Below are positions 9,264 to 19,742 of a DNA stretch of 64,000 bases, piece after piece; position 1 is the stretch's first letter, and each line of letters begins with the position of its first letter. The stretch spans positions 2,112,001-2,176,000 of the forward strand of contig JAKFCY010000002.1 of NCBI GenBank assembly GCA_036676395.1. The letters run 5' to 3'. The translations under genes were made by a program, and so were the position numbers. The stretch is from Bdellovibrio sp. (lineage in GTDB: Bacteria; Bdellovibrionota; Bdellovibrionia; Bdellovibrionales; Bdellovibrionaceae). The notes under the pieces are model-generated. The model was given only the letters and a program-made list of their open reading frames with translations. It was not told where the DNA came from and searched no databases.

Positions 9264-10796
9264 ATGAAACACGGCTTATTTGTTACTGTTTTGCTTTCTA
9301 CTCTTGTTGCATTTTCTTTTATCGGTTGTGCTGATAACCAAGATAATTCACAGGCACTTTATAGTGCTGCAGATTTTAAAATTTCACGTAGGTTTAATTT
9401 AGTAACGCCGGCATCAACGCCGACCATTCAAGTTTTTAATCAAGCCAATCAGCCGGTAGCTAACGCGCAAGTGTTAATCGGTAAGGCCGTTGGCAACCCT
9501 TTTAAAGATAACTTAAAAATCACTGACAAAAATGGTTTTGTTTCTTTAGCTGACTGGGCTGAAACCACTCATGTTACTGTGAATGCGCAAGGTTACATTC
9601 GCCAAACTTTATTGAATCAAAAACCAGGTGTTTTTCAAATTAAGCTAAATCCAGCTTACCTGACCACCCGCCCGGTGATTAAAGGCCAAGTCACTGGTTT
9701 GCCCGTTAAAGACGGCGATAAAATGATAGATTTTTCTTTGGTGATTCCGACCATCACTAAAGGTGATCTGATGAGTTTTGATTTAGATTCAATCGTAAGC
9801 CCGTTTGACGATGAAATCGATATCATCTTTGGTAAAAAAGCTCAGTTACCAAGTAATGTTTCGCTACCGACACAAAAAGAAAAATATAATTTCTTAATTT
9901 CTTTAACATTATCTAAACCTGAACACCGTGTGTATGCGAACAACTACGGGCAAAAAACTTTCTATGCTTTTTCAGGAAAATTTCCGTTTAAAGAAGTCAT
10001 GGAACAGTTAAATGCAGATAAACAATTTTACGAAGTCTTGAACTCGTTCCAGTTCACGAATGGCAGTATTCGCGAAGTGACTGTGGCCGGGCCATCAACC
10101 GCCTTAAGTATTCCGAGCGGAGAAATTAAGTTCGACGGCGCACAAGCTAATGTTAAGAGTGCCTCAATTCTTCCTGACGAAGTCGTGATGTTACTATCAT
10201 TAAACGATTTAGCTGGCGGAAGATTTGTTCCCTCTGACGTAAAACGTTTAGAAGCAAATCAAGCGGCAAGTCTAAAAACGATCGCCGGCAAGCCGACTTA
10301 TATCGTGAGTTTATTAAAAAAAGCGACTGACTTTGATTCTGCAACTCAGGATGCAGCAAACCGTTCAAGCGCTTCGATGGTGGCTTACAAAGCCGGAATG
10401 CAATCAAGCTTACTTCCACTATTACCTGCAGGGCCGATAGTCACTGATGTCGGTGGCGCTTACAAAATCACGATTCCGCAAGCTTCAAATAAAACTTTAG
10501 ATGCCCAGGCTGTTAACGAATTAGCGGTATCTGTTGCAATTTCAAATATGAATGTGGTTCAGGACGGACAACTGCAAGTTGAAATTCTTGACCGTAAATG
10601 GGAAGTGATCGGCACAGGCTGGCCAGACGAAATCAATTTACCGATTTGGCCTTTAGAAGACCCTGAAGACACTGCCGCCGTGAAACGTAAGTTTGAAGTA
10701 AATTTAATTGGCAGCCAGACTTTAAAACAAACAGACTTAGGTGATGATTTAGTCAAAGCCGCTACGCATGTCACTAAAGGTGCTGCCGATTTGTAA
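9264..10796 (+). CDS. Hypothetical beta-rich lipoprotein
   Basis: AAAGG RBS before ATG at 9264; lipobox FIGC; N-terminal segment resembles a carboxypeptidase-regulatory-like Ig fold. Confidence 0.6.
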   Translation: MKHGLFVTVLLSTLVAFSFIGCADNQDNSQALYSAADFKISRRFNLVTPASTPTIQVFNQANQPVANAQVLIGKAVGNPFKDNLKITDKNGFVSLADWAETTHVTVNAQGYIRQTLLNQKPGVFQIKLNPAYLTTRPVIKGQVTGLPVKDGDKMIDFSLVIPTITKGDLMSFDLDSIVSPFDDEIDIIFGKKAQLPSNVSLPTQKEKYNFLISLTLSKPEHRVYANNYGQKTFYAFSGKFPFKEVMEQLNADKQFYEVLNSFQFTNGSIREVTVAGPSTALSIPSGEIKFDGAQANVKSASILPDEVVMLLSLNDLAGGRFVPSDVKRLEANQAASLKTIAGKPTYIVSLLKKATDFDSATQDAANRSSASMVAYKAGMQSSLLPLLPAGPIVTDVGGAYKITIPQASNKTLDAQAVNELAVSVAISNMNVVQDGQLQVEILDRKWEVIGTGWPDEINLPIWPLEDPEDTAAVKRKFEVNLIGSQTLKQTDLGDDLVKAATHVTKGAADL

Positions 10797-10812
10797 TGTT
10801 TAGTTTATACTT

Positions 10813-11328
10813 ATGGGTATGAAGTTTTTAAGTTTTATAGTTATCGGATTATTACTTACAGGCCTATTTTCGGGTTGTGGATCACAAGTTCTGCAGCCTG
10901 AAACTACAGATGCGATCATCGAACGCTCTTCTCAACAAAAAATCTATTTTGCTCCTTACGACGAAGTCTGGAAAGCCGCACACTCTGTTCTTAAATACAC
11001 GATTGCTGCTGAAAACCAGGATTTCGGAGTCATTGAAACAGACTACATCAAAGCTGTTGATGGCTGGCTTCCGCCGTTTCGCACAAGACCGCAGTTTCCA
11101 AGTTCACGTTATAAATTAGTTTTAAGTTTTGCCCGCGGCAAAAAAGGTGAAGCCCAAGAAACCGTGCGCCTGACGATTGAAAAGAAAATTGAAGTTTTTA
11201 AAGACTTTATCTCAGAAGTAAAAACTGTTCCAAGTGATGGTTTTGAAGAGAAAACTATTTTTTACCGCATCGAACGCGAATTGATTATCGCTAAAGCTTT
11301 AAGAAAAGCCTCTGAGAATCCTAACTAA
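10813..11328 (+). CDS. Outer-membrane lipoprotein, BamC/NlpB-like helix-grip fold possible
   Basis: Lipobox FSGC; YDEVWKAA...GVIETDY pattern. Confidence 0.5.
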   Translation: MGMKFLSFIVIGLLLTGLFSGCGSQVLQPETTDAIIERSSQQKIYFAPYDEVWKAAHSVLKYTIAAENQDFGVIETDYIKAVDGWLPPFRTRPQFPSSRYKLVLSFARGKKGEAQETVRLTIEKKIEVFKDFISEVKTVPSDGFEEKTIFYRIERELIIAKALRKASENPN

Positions 11329-11367
11329 GAACTTTTTTTTGCTCTGTAGTTTAGCTAACAATGTTAG

Positions 11368-11997
11368 CTAAAACCACTTTTGATCTTTGACGAATTTCTT
11401 CCATGAACCCAGGGCATTTTCACCGTCGAAGTGCACTTGTGAGATTTTTTCTAAGGCTTGCATGCTCATTAAAGAAATTTCAGGATCATTATCAAATAAT
11501 AATTTTGAAAAGTATTCTCTTTCAGATTGATAAGGCTTTTTGACCAGATTTTTCATGATCTGAGCACGAATCCATAAACTTTTTTTGCCAACAAAGTTGT
11601 AATTGCGATTTAATTCTTTAGCTAAAAGATCACGAACTTCCTGGCTTTCTAAGCGGGTTAAAATATCAACCGCTGCCGAACGCACAACTAAGGCCTTGTC
11701 TGACACTAAGGCTTTCGCTTTATCGTAAACTAAATCAGTTCCCATTTTATCTAAGGCGACTAATAAAGCGTTACGCATGTACCAATCTTTGCTTTTAGAA
11801 AATGCAAGAACTTGCTGGATTTGTTTGCCATCTGCGGCTTCTGCCGATTTGATCAGGGCGTCCCAACGTTGAGCCATAGGTAATGCTTGATTTTTTGCGC
11901 GGGCAATCTGAGTTGAGAAATTTTGTTCGTTTTCGTTTTGCACATAAGACCAAACATTCACAGAAAAAAGAAACACTAAAATACTTAATGCTTTCAT
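11368..11997 (-). CDS. Exported HEAT-repeat protein
   Basis: Signal peptide; repeats DWYMRNALLVAL, ALVVRSAAVDIL and LWIRAQIMKNL. Confidence 0.7.
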   Translation of the reverse strand: MKALSILVFLFSVNVWSYVQNENEQNFSTQIARAKNQALPMAQRWDALIKSAEAADGKQIQQVLAFSKSKDWYMRNALLVALDKMGTDLVYDKAKALVSDKALVVRSAAVDILTRLESQEVRDLLAKELNRNYNFVGKKSLWIRAQIMKNLVKKPYQSEREYFSKLLFDNDPEISLMSMQALEKISQVHFDGENALGSWKKFVKDQKWF

Positions 11998-11998
11998 G

Positions 11999-13072
11999 CT
12001 AATCATCATCCTTTGCGAAATGTTTTTCAAATTCGTCTAATAAAATCTTTTCTTCTTTTTTTACATCTTTAGAAACTTCACGGGCCTCGTCGTTATCAAG
12101 ATCCCCTGTTGCGGTTGCTTCTGGCATTAATTCATCTTCTACGACTGAATCCGGAACACTTTCATTCATCATTTCATTTGCCGCAGCAAAGATATCATTT
12201 GGAACATGTGGCTCTTCAGCTGGAGCTGCCGCAACGGCTTCTTCTTCTTCTTCTGCTGCTGCTGCTGCTGCTTCTTCTACAGGTTGTTCTGCTACCGGTT
12301 CTTCAGGCATTTCAGCAGGTGCTGCCGCTACTTCCTCTGTTGTTTCAGGTAACAAATCATCTACATCAGATTTTTTTTCTTCGACCACTTCATCGACTGT
12401 AACTGGTGCAGTTTGCGTAGATTGTTTTGCTAATTGATTTTTAAGATCAATATTTTCTTTTTTGTACTGTTGAAGATCAGCAATGTCTTCAGCGATAATT
12501 TCATAATCAGACAGGCGGTTTTTAAGAGCGTCGATTTCAGTTTCGTAATCAGTAATTTTACTACTTAGATCATTAAGTTTAGCGTCTTGTTGAGCTGTAT
12601 TAACACTTTTTTGCGCTTGGTCTTTAGCATCGATGATTTCATTTTCTTTGCGCTTTAAAGAGTCTTTTAAAGTTGAAATTTCAGCGCGCAAACGACTTAA
12701 CTCAGCCGCTTGTTCAGCACTTACTCCGCCAGCAGGCGCCGCTGTGGCGCCGTCTGTCGCAGCAGCCGCGGCCGTTGCCGGATCACCGGAAAGTGCCGCC
12801 AGGGCCTCGTCGCCTAAGACTTCTCCCATACCTGCGCCATCAGTGGCGGCATTAATAGAAACCTTCATTTGCGATTGCTGTTCTAAAAGTTTATTTAATT
12901 TTTCTTCTAATTGAGCATAGGTCACGTTTTTAGCGCTAACGCCATCAGCCGCAGCTTCTGCAGCGAATAACAGACGAAAAATAAGAAATACGATCAGCAG
13001 CGCAACAACAGCAGCGAGTGACTGAATTACCAGTGTATTATGCGATGCAAACCAGTCTAAGAAAATGGCCAT
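11999..13072 (-). CDS. Single-pass membrane protein with coiled coil and acidic Ala/Glu-rich tail
   Basis: N-terminal TM helix, heptad-rich centre, low-complexity acidic C-terminus. Confidence 0.7.
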   Translation of the reverse strand: MAIFLDWFASHNTLVIQSLAAVVALLIVFLIFRLLFAAEAAADGVSAKNVTYAQLEEKLNKLLEQQSQMKVSINAATDGAGMGEVLGDEALAALSGDPATAAAAATDGATAAPAGGVSAEQAAELSRLRAEISTLKDSLKRKENEIIDAKDQAQKSVNTAQQDAKLNDLSSKITDYETEIDALKNRLSDYEIIAEDIADLQQYKKENIDLKNQLAKQSTQTAPVTVDEVVEEKKSDVDDLLPETTEEVAAAPAEMPEEPVAEQPVEEAAAAAAEEEEEAVAAAPAEEPHVPNDIFAAANEMMNESVPDSVVEDELMPEATATGDLDNDEAREVSKDVKKEEKILLDEFEKHFAKDDD

Positions 13073-13186
13073 ATTTATATCATCAAGTAAGGCGAATCTG
13101 ATTGCAATGAAGCCCATCATCACTTGATTGAAATATGACTCTGGTCTAGCTAGACCCACAGCCAGGGTTAGTGCTATAACCATTTA

Positions 13187-14524
13187 ATGACGTACGATCT
13201 TATTATTAAAAATGCAGAAATTGTGACTTTTTCAGAAACACAAAACCAAATGATTCAAGAGCGTACCGACATCGCTGTAACCAACGGAAAGATCACTTAC
13301 TTAGGAACATTAACAAATCAGCTGGCTAAAAAAACAATTGATGCCACTCATCTTACGGTATTACCAGGAGTCATCGATTCACAGGTGCATTTTCGCGAAC
13401 CGGGCTTAACACATAAAGAAGATATCGAGTCTGGCTCACGCGCCGCTATTTTAGGTGGAGTCACAACTTACTTTGAAATGCCGAATACAAACCCTCCGAC
13501 AACAACTAAAGAATTGTTTGAGAATAAACTAAAAATCGCTGCAGAAAAATCTTCAGCCAATTACGCTTTTTTTATCGGCGGCAGTTCTGAAAATGTTGAT
13601 CAGTTGCCAATGCTTGAAAATCTTCCGCACTGTTCAGGCATTAAAATATTCTTAGGCAGCTCTTTCGGAAATCTTTTAATTGATCAAGACGAATTGTTCG
13701 AAAAAATTATTAAGAACGGAAAACGCCGTTTAGTGATTCACGCCGAAGATGAAGCGCGCTTAAAAGAACGCAAACAAATTGCCATTGATGCAGCCAATGC
13801 AAATGTGCACCACATCTGGCGCGATGAAGAAAGTGCACTGATCGCCACTAAAAAATCTGTACACTTTGCTGAAAAACATAATCGCTTAATTCATATCTTG
13901 CATATTTCATCTAGCGAAGAGATGGCTTTTTTACGCGAGCACAAACGCTGTGCTACGGTAGAAATATTACCCCAGTATTTAACCTTATCTGCTCCTGAAT
14001 GTTACGAACGTTTAGGATCATTATGGCAGCAAAATCCGCCAATTCGCGATAAACGTCATATGGAATTTTTATGGAAAGCTTTATTAGATGGAACCGTTGA
14101 TGTGATCGGCTCAGATCATGCGCCGCACACATTAGAAGAAAAAGCTAAGCCCTACCCGAGTTCTCCATCGGGTGTTCCGGGGGTGCAAACATTAGTGCCG
14201 CTGATGTTAGATCAGGTTCACCAGAAAAAACTTCCGCTAAAAAAGTTTGTTGAATTAGTCACAGAAAATCCGCGCAAAGTTTTTAATCTAAAAGACAAGG
14301 GTCGTATACAAGTTGGTTATGATGCTGATTTTACAATTGTTGATTTAAAAAGAACTCAAGTTGTAGAAAAAAAATGGCTCGCCTCAAAAACCGGTTGGTC
14401 GCCGTTTGAAGGAATGTCTTTTACAGGTTGGCCTATAATGACATTGTTAAATGGTGAAGTTGTTGTTGAAGAACAAACTTTACTAAAACCACGCCAAGGT
14501 AAAGCTTGTGACTTCAACGTCTAA
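13187..14524 (+). CDS. pyrC: Dihydroorotase (amidohydrolase superfamily)
   Basis: PGVIDSQVHFREPG, EMPNTNP, HAED, NPPIR, SDHAPH and GYDADF motifs. Confidence 0.85.
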   Translation: MTYDLIIKNAEIVTFSETQNQMIQERTDIAVTNGKITYLGTLTNQLAKKTIDATHLTVLPGVIDSQVHFREPGLTHKEDIESGSRAAILGGVTTYFEMPNTNPPTTTKELFENKLKIAAEKSSANYAFFIGGSSENVDQLPMLENLPHCSGIKIFLGSSFGNLLIDQDELFEKIIKNGKRRLVIHAEDEARLKERKQIAIDAANANVHHIWRDEESALIATKKSVHFAEKHNRLIHILHISSSEEMAFLREHKRCATVEILPQYLTLSAPECYERLGSLWQQNPPIRDKRHMEFLWKALLDGTVDVIGSDHAPHTLEEKAKPYPSSPSGVPGVQTLVPLMLDQVHQKKLPLKKFVELVTENPRKVFNLKDKGRIQVGYDADFTIVDLKRTQVVEKKWLASKTGWSPFEGMSFTGWPIMTLLNGEVVVEEQTLLKPRQGKACDFNV

Positions 14525-15101
14525 GCAAACGCCCAAGGCGCAAGCTCTTTCATTATTACTTGGTGGTTTACTTCCGGTCATTGCCTATACCGTGATCGAA
14601 GAAAAGTACGGGCCAAAATATGGCCTTATCGCCGGCCTTATTTTAGGTGGTGGCGAAATAATCTATGAACTTGTGCGCTATAAAAAAGTAAGCACAACCA
14701 CCTGGATCGGAAACGGTTTACTTTTAGGATTAGGTTCAATTTCACTATTTTTTAACGATGGTATCTGGTTCAAACTGCAACCAGCTATGATAGAATTTGG
14801 AATGTTTGGTTTCTTATTGGGGTCATGGGCTTTAAAAAAACCGTTCTTACAAATTATGGCCGAAAAACAAAATCCTCATATGCCACCGCTGTTAAAAAAC
14901 AACCTGAGTGGTATTACGTTACGTTTATCGTTTTTCTTTTTAGCGCATGCGATGATCGCAACATATGCGGCCTTTTATTGGTCGACCGAAGCTTGGGCTT
15001 ACTTAAAAGGCCTTGGTCTTTTTGTTTCGATGATTGTTTATATGGCGTTCGAAATGTTTTTTATCCGTTACAAAATAAAAAAAGGCCAGTCCGAAGACTG
15101 A
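14508..15101 (+). CDS. ispZ: Intracellular septation protein IspZ/YciB family
   Basis: Multi-TM protein; LFFNDGIWFKLQP and STEAWAYLK motifs. Confidence 0.75.
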   Translation: MTSTSKQTPKAQALSLLLGGLLPVIAYTVIEEKYGPKYGLIAGLILGGGEIIYELVRYKKVSTTTWIGNGLLLGLGSISLFFNDGIWFKLQPAMIEFGMFGFLLGSWALKKPFLQIMAEKQNPHMPPLLKNNLSGITLRLSFFFLAHAMIATYAAFYWSTEAWAYLKGLGLFVSMIVYMAFEMFFIRYKIKKGQSED

Positions 15102-15108
15102 CCTTTTT
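15077..15108. terminator. Bidirectional intrinsic terminator overlapping the ispZ stop codon
   Basis: A7-ggccagtc-cgaa-gactgacc-T5 between convergent genes. Confidence 0.75.
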
Positions 15109-15145
15109 CATTATGAAGTTTTAACTTCTATCTGCCAGAGGCAAA

Positions 15146-15751
15146 TTAGTTACAACGACGTAATTGGAAGTGGTATAACATACCAGCGCTGATGTCGATA
15201 GAATCAACGATCATCATTGTTTGTTCCATTCTTGAATTTGACATAGATGTCGCAGAAGCATTGATCGAGAAGATCACTTCTTTAGAACATGCAGACCAAA
15301 TTAAGTTAGTTGCGATAAGTTTGTTAGTGATTTGGAAAGAGTCAGCTTGTGGACCTTTAAAACGTTTGTTGAAAACAGGACCACGTGAACCAGCGTAGAA
15401 GTATTCAGCGCGGAAATCATTGTATGCGCCAGCACCTGGAATCGCATTGAAACCACGGTAATCAACACCAATTAAAGCTACAGAGTAACCGTTTGGAACA
15501 CGTACTGGAACGCGTAAGTTACAAGATTTGCGGTCTACGCGGCGACCTGTAGTGTTACCCGCTTCAGCTGCGAAACTGTCGAATAATACTGACATAGTTT
15601 GACCATCACCAGTTACAGTGATTGAAGCAGATCCAGCTGGACAACCGTTACCGCCGTAAGCTGGTTCGCCAAGGCTGATTCTAGAAGCCTCTGCAGATGC
15701 AGTAGCCATAAGGATTGCTGATAATACTAGCAATGATTTGAATGCGTTCAT
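15146..15751 (-). CDS. DUF4360-family secreted protein
   Basis: Signal peptide; YGGNGCPAGS, RKSCNL and VDYRGF motifs; AAGGGG RBS before ATG at 15751. Confidence 0.8.
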   Translation of the reverse strand: MNAFKSLLVLSAILMATASAEASRISLGEPAYGGNGCPAGSASITVTGDGQTMSVLFDSFAAEAGNTTGRRVDRKSCNLRVPVRVPNGYSVALIGVDYRGFNAIPGAGAYNDFRAEYFYAGSRGPVFNKRFKGPQADSFQITNKLIATNLIWSACSKEVIFSINASATSMSNSRMEQTMMIVDSIDISAGMLYHFQLRRCN

Positions 15752-15828
15752 GTAATTCCCCTTTTGAAATCGCGCTTTGCGATTGTTAGTGTTTTTGGAC
15801 GACAAATGTCATCGACGAAGAACACTAA

Positions 15829-15845
15829 AGCAAAGGGTCTGCCAA
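15829..15845 (-). promoter_or_regulatory. Sigma54 (-24/-12) promoter for the DUF4360 gene
   Basis: Minus strand TTGGCAGACCCTTTGCT with exact GG-N10-GC spacing. Confidence 0.7.
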
Positions 15846-15969
15846 ACTTAATGAGGTCAAAAAGACACTGAATTATTTATATGAAGAAACCGCAACTATT
15901 ATGTTACGGCATTTGTAAGACATTTTCATTTATGAAAAAGTGAAATTATTTTTTCAGATTTTATTTCAA

Positions 15970-18900
15970 TTAGGGAATTTCTCTAAACTCTACAACTGAA
16001 CCTGCATAGATAGTTAAACTTCCTCCACTACTTTGCGCCAGCGCTAATTGAACAGTTCCAGCAGCGCTGGCTACAATGATACCTTCTGCTTGGGCATAGT
16101 TGATACCTGAAGGTGTACTTGTTGCCGCAGTAAATGTATCTGCCGAAGTATCAACTGTTCCAGCAGCGATGAAACCAGTACCTGCTGCTGTGGTCGCTGG
16201 CACACTATACAGTACCGAATATACCGTAGCACCGGGATGACTTATTCGCGCGCGCAAACCACGAGATGTAGCGCTTGTCGCATAGAGAATATTAAATTTG
16301 AATTTATAAGTTTTTCCACTCTCAACTGGAAAGCTCATTGAATTTGTATAAGTAGTGCCGTTAATTGATTGGTCAGCTGTAAGTTTTAACGATCTCGGGA
16401 ATCCTGTCGTCGCCACCCAATCTGTACCATTGTAAACTAAGGCTTGTCCAGATACTGGAGCAGTTGCATCTACATTCACGCCTCTGATTTTTTCAACAGA
16501 TAATGAACTACTTCCTGCTGTTGAAGACACATCACCTGTAAACGCTGGTAAACGTGCTGTTGCTAAAGTACCCGTTGCACTCGCTGATCCTAAATCAAGA
16601 GAACTTACAATTGCAAATCCACCTAATCCTAAATTTGCACGCGCAGATACTACGTCTAATAAATCAGATAAGTTATTTGATCTTACTACCGTCGTTGCAC
16701 TATTTGCCGGAGCAAAACCTAGCACTTGTTCAACTGATGCTACAGACGAAGTAATTTTATTATTAAAAGTTGCCCAATCTGTTCCAGATAAATAACCGCT
16801 TACTGAACCTGTTGCTTGGGGGATTGATAATATTGGAGCACTGCCACCTGTCGTTTGCATCGGCGCAGTTACAGCTACACTTGATACGATTCCTGTCGAA
16901 CCGCTATCAGTCGCACATGACCAAACTGTACCGTTAAATGTTAAATACTGAGTTGCGGTACATGTTGGAACTGCACGATTGATAATGTTTGCGCCGTTGT
17001 ATTGCAAAATATGATTACTGGCGATTGCTGAAAAGCTTGTGCCTACGCCTTGAATTTTTGTCACAGTAACACTTGAAGCAATTCCAGAAATATCACCAGA
17101 TACCGCAATGCTTTGACAGGCAAATAATGAGCTTACGCTATTCCAGTACATTGATTGACCTGCGGCACAACTTGCACCAGCCACATAAGTATTAAAACTT
17201 GTTTCTGATAATGAGTCTGCATCATTAGCCGGCGTATAACCTAACGCTGCAACCACTGCAGCACTTGTTGCAGAAACTTTATTATTAAATGTTGTCCAAT
17301 CAGCACTTGCTAAATAACCGTTAGTTGAAGCGTCAGCCTGCATGATGGATATAGTTGGCGTTGAACCACCCGTTGAAGAAATTGGTGCAGTTACTGAAAT
17401 ACTAGTAATGGCTCCACCGCCACCGGCATCAGCCGCACATGACCAAGCTGTTCCATTAAAAGTTAAATATTCACCAACGCCGCAAGTTGGAATCGCGCGG
17501 TTCACAAAATTTGAACCGTTGTATTGCATAATCTGATTATTTGCTAAAGCCGCAAAGCTTACGCCCACACCTTGTACTTTTGTGACTGTAGCGTTTGAAA
17601 CGATTCCAGAAATATCGCCTGAAACTAAAATGTTTTGGCAGGTAAATTCACTGCTTACACTGTTCCAGTACATTGTTTGGCCCGCGGTACAGCTTGCTGG
17701 TGCAACGTAGGCATTAAAAGCACTTTGTTGTAAAGCTCCGGCTATACGGGCATCATCACCGGCAGCTAAAGTCCCTGCGGTTGTTCCGATACTCATTGTT
17801 GCTGCTTCGGTTAATCCTAAATTGGTACGTGCCACAGTGGCAGAAACTAAATCGCCTAAATTATTACTTTTCGTAAGTACGACAGCAGCGTCAGCGGGCG
17901 CGTAACCTAAAGCCGCAATAATTGATGCACTCGTTGCACTACTGGCTCCAGGAATCCAAGATAAATTACCGTTACCATCTGTTTGCAAAACTTCACCAAC
18001 ACTACCATCTGAAGTTGGTAACACTAACATATAATCTGCAAATGTATTTGGAGCTTTAAGACGAACACTATTCGTGTTTGATCCTTCGAATAAATAAATA
18101 TTTTGCGTTGAGTTGTTTGTCGCTAATAAATTAACTGCAATTAAGCTTCCGCTGGCGTCACGTCTTGCGATTGTGCTTACTGTTGGCATTGCAGTAGATG
18201 AAGTTATATCTGTTACGGCTGTTGCTACTGCTGCTGCGGATTTTCCGCCAACTGAAGATACAACTGTTGCTGAAACATTACCTGTGACATCACCTAATAA
18301 CGACGTTGCACTTGTTACTGCTCCAATAGTCGCCGCATTTAAAACGACCGCGCCTGTCTGGCCATTCACACTGCTAACTGGTGCGCTTGCTGAAAAAGTC
18401 ATCGGCACATATTGCGAACCATCATAAGCTAACACCTGGCCAGAGGCTGGAGCCGTTGCAGCAACGACAACTCCGCGAATTGAGCTCACAACTGTTGCTG
18501 ACATTGTACCATTCACATCCCCGGTCAAATTTCCGGTAAAGTTGGTGGCATTCATTGCGGTAGTTGCTGTTACAGCATTGTCTGCGCTACCATTATCAGC
18601 GATATTTTTTAATTTATTAAATTTTGTCGGGTTTGCAAAGATGTCTTCTAAATTAGATTGGCTTAAAGACGTTGAACTATTTTGTACTAGGATATCAGCG
18701 GCGGCTTTACCACCTACTGACTCGGCGTGAATTGCATAAGGTGTCGCACGTTGAATAAAATCAACAATAATCGGAGTGCCAAGATCTGTAGTGCTTATGC
18801 GAATAACACGCGTGTCTGTTGCAGCCGGAATATAAGTTTGGTTTAACAGCCCTGGGTTGTTATCTAGATCCACACAGTCTAAACCACTTTTATTAGTTGA

Positions 18901-19191
18901 GTTATCATACACTTGGGTAAGCGTAAGATTTGGGTCATCACCGCCGCGTAAACCAGTTCCTAACGCTAACGAAACCGAACCACTAACTACTGTTTGATTT
19001 GAAAAAGCCTCTTCACGTAAAACACAGCCATCATTTGGAGTTAAAATTCGAACCGTAAGAGTAACACCGGTCGCATCAGGATAAACACCAGCTGGATTTT
19101 TTAATTTTAACTGAATTGGCACACCCATCTCAACAGCATGCGAAAAAGTAGCAAACAATATTATAAAAATAATATTTAAGAATTTATTCAT
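15970..19191 (-). CDS. Trimeric fibre adhesin (Bdellovibrio MAT-like), no S74 domain
   Basis: Signal peptide; N-terminal domain ending TPYAIHA shared with the neighbouring fibre; GDVxG and ALGYxPA repeats; beta-rich C-terminal head. Confidence 0.75.
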   Translation of the reverse strand: MNKFLNIIFIILFATFSHAVEMGVPIQLKLKNPAGVYPDATGVTLTVRILTPNDGCVLREEAFSNQTVVSGSVSLALGTGLRGGDDPNLTLTQVYDNSTNKSGLDCVDLDNNPGLLNQTYIPAATDTRVIRISTTDLGTPIIVDFIQRATPYAIHAESVGGKAAADILVQNSSTSLSQSNLEDIFANPTKFNKLKNIADNGSADNAVTATTAMNATNFTGNLTGDVNGTMSATVVSSIRGVVVAATAPASGQVLAYDGSQYVPMTFSASAPVSSVNGQTGAVVLNAATIGAVTSATSLLGDVTGNVSATVVSSVGGKSAAAVATAVTDITSSTAMPTVSTIARRDASGSLIAVNLLATNNSTQNIYLFEGSNTNSVRLKAPNTFADYMLVLPTSDGSVGEVLQTDGNGNLSWIPGASSATSASIIAALGYAPADAAVVLTKSNNLGDLVSATVARTNLGLTEAATMSIGTTAGTLAAGDDARIAGALQQSAFNAYVAPASCTAGQTMYWNSVSSEFTCQNILVSGDISGIVSNATVTKVQGVGVSFAALANNQIMQYNGSNFVNRAIPTCGVGEYLTFNGTAWSCAADAGGGGAITSISVTAPISSTGGSTPTISIMQADASTNGYLASADWTTFNNKVSATSAAVVAALGYTPANDADSLSETSFNTYVAGASCAAGQSMYWNSVSSLFACQSIAVSGDISGIASSVTVTKIQGVGTSFSAIASNHILQYNGANIINRAVPTCTATQYLTFNGTVWSCATDSGSTGIVSSVAVTAPMQTTGGSAPILSIPQATGSVSGYLSGTDWATFNNKITSSVASVEQVLGFAPANSATTVVRSNNLSDLLDVVSARANLGLGGFAIVSSLDLGSASATGTLATARLPAFTGDVSSTAGSSSLSVEKIRGVNVDATAPVSGQALVYNGTDWVATTGFPRSLKLTADQSINGTTYTNSMSFPVESGKTYKFKFNILYATSATSRGLRARISHPGATVYSVLYSVPATTAAGTGFIAAGTVDTSADTFTAATSTPSGINYAQAEGIIVASAAGTVQLALAQSSGGSLTIYAGSVVEFREIP

Positions 19192-19438
19192 ATTTTACTT
19201 CTACAGTCCAACCATTAGATAAGGTCTTTTGTTCTACCGGATCGGTGTTATCATGCGAAATTTGCCAATTATTGGAAGTTATTATCATTTCTCCATACCT
19301 CACACTGTCTTGTGCAGTTGTGGTCGGCGTTGCAGACACAGGTGCAACAACAGCCCCCGGAGCAAACCCAGAGGCTGCACCCGGGCCGGTACAAGCAACT
19401 AAAAGTAGAATTGGAAATAATATTAAAACAATCTTCAT
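19184..19438 (-). CDS. Small lipoprotein whose stop overlaps the fibre gene start
   Basis: Lipobox LVAC; 84 aa; 8-nt overlap with the start of the 1073-aa gene. Confidence 0.7.
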   Translation of the reverse strand: MKIVLILFPILLLVACTGPGAASGFAPGAVVAPVSATPTTTAQDSVRYGEMIITSNNWQISHDNTDPVEQKTLSNGWTVEVKYE

Positions 19439-19742
19439 CAGCTAACGTCCTAAATATAAAGCCTAACTAATTTGTTTAAATATTTAAAGCTTTTTAACTG
19501 ACATCAATTAACATCTCGTACCATAGTCATGGAATTTACTCTGAGACACACGACTAGAGTAGCGTCTAGGCAGGTTTTTGCATCTTTCAATTGCCGTCTT
19601 ATTGTGTGATTTAAATTAATTCATATGATTGAATGAGCAAGTTCTTAACCGTTGTATTTTTAACTGTCCCCAGACGTTAGCTGAGTAGATATTAAGAAGC
19701 TCTTCATAATGTGTTTGAGATTTAAAATGCACTCACAGAGTG

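Noticed and set aside
13370..13405. DSQVH instead of DxHxH in dihydroorotase, suggesting inactivation
   Set aside because: Q-x-H occurs in a known subgroup of bacterial dihydroorotases, and the other catalytic motifs are intact.
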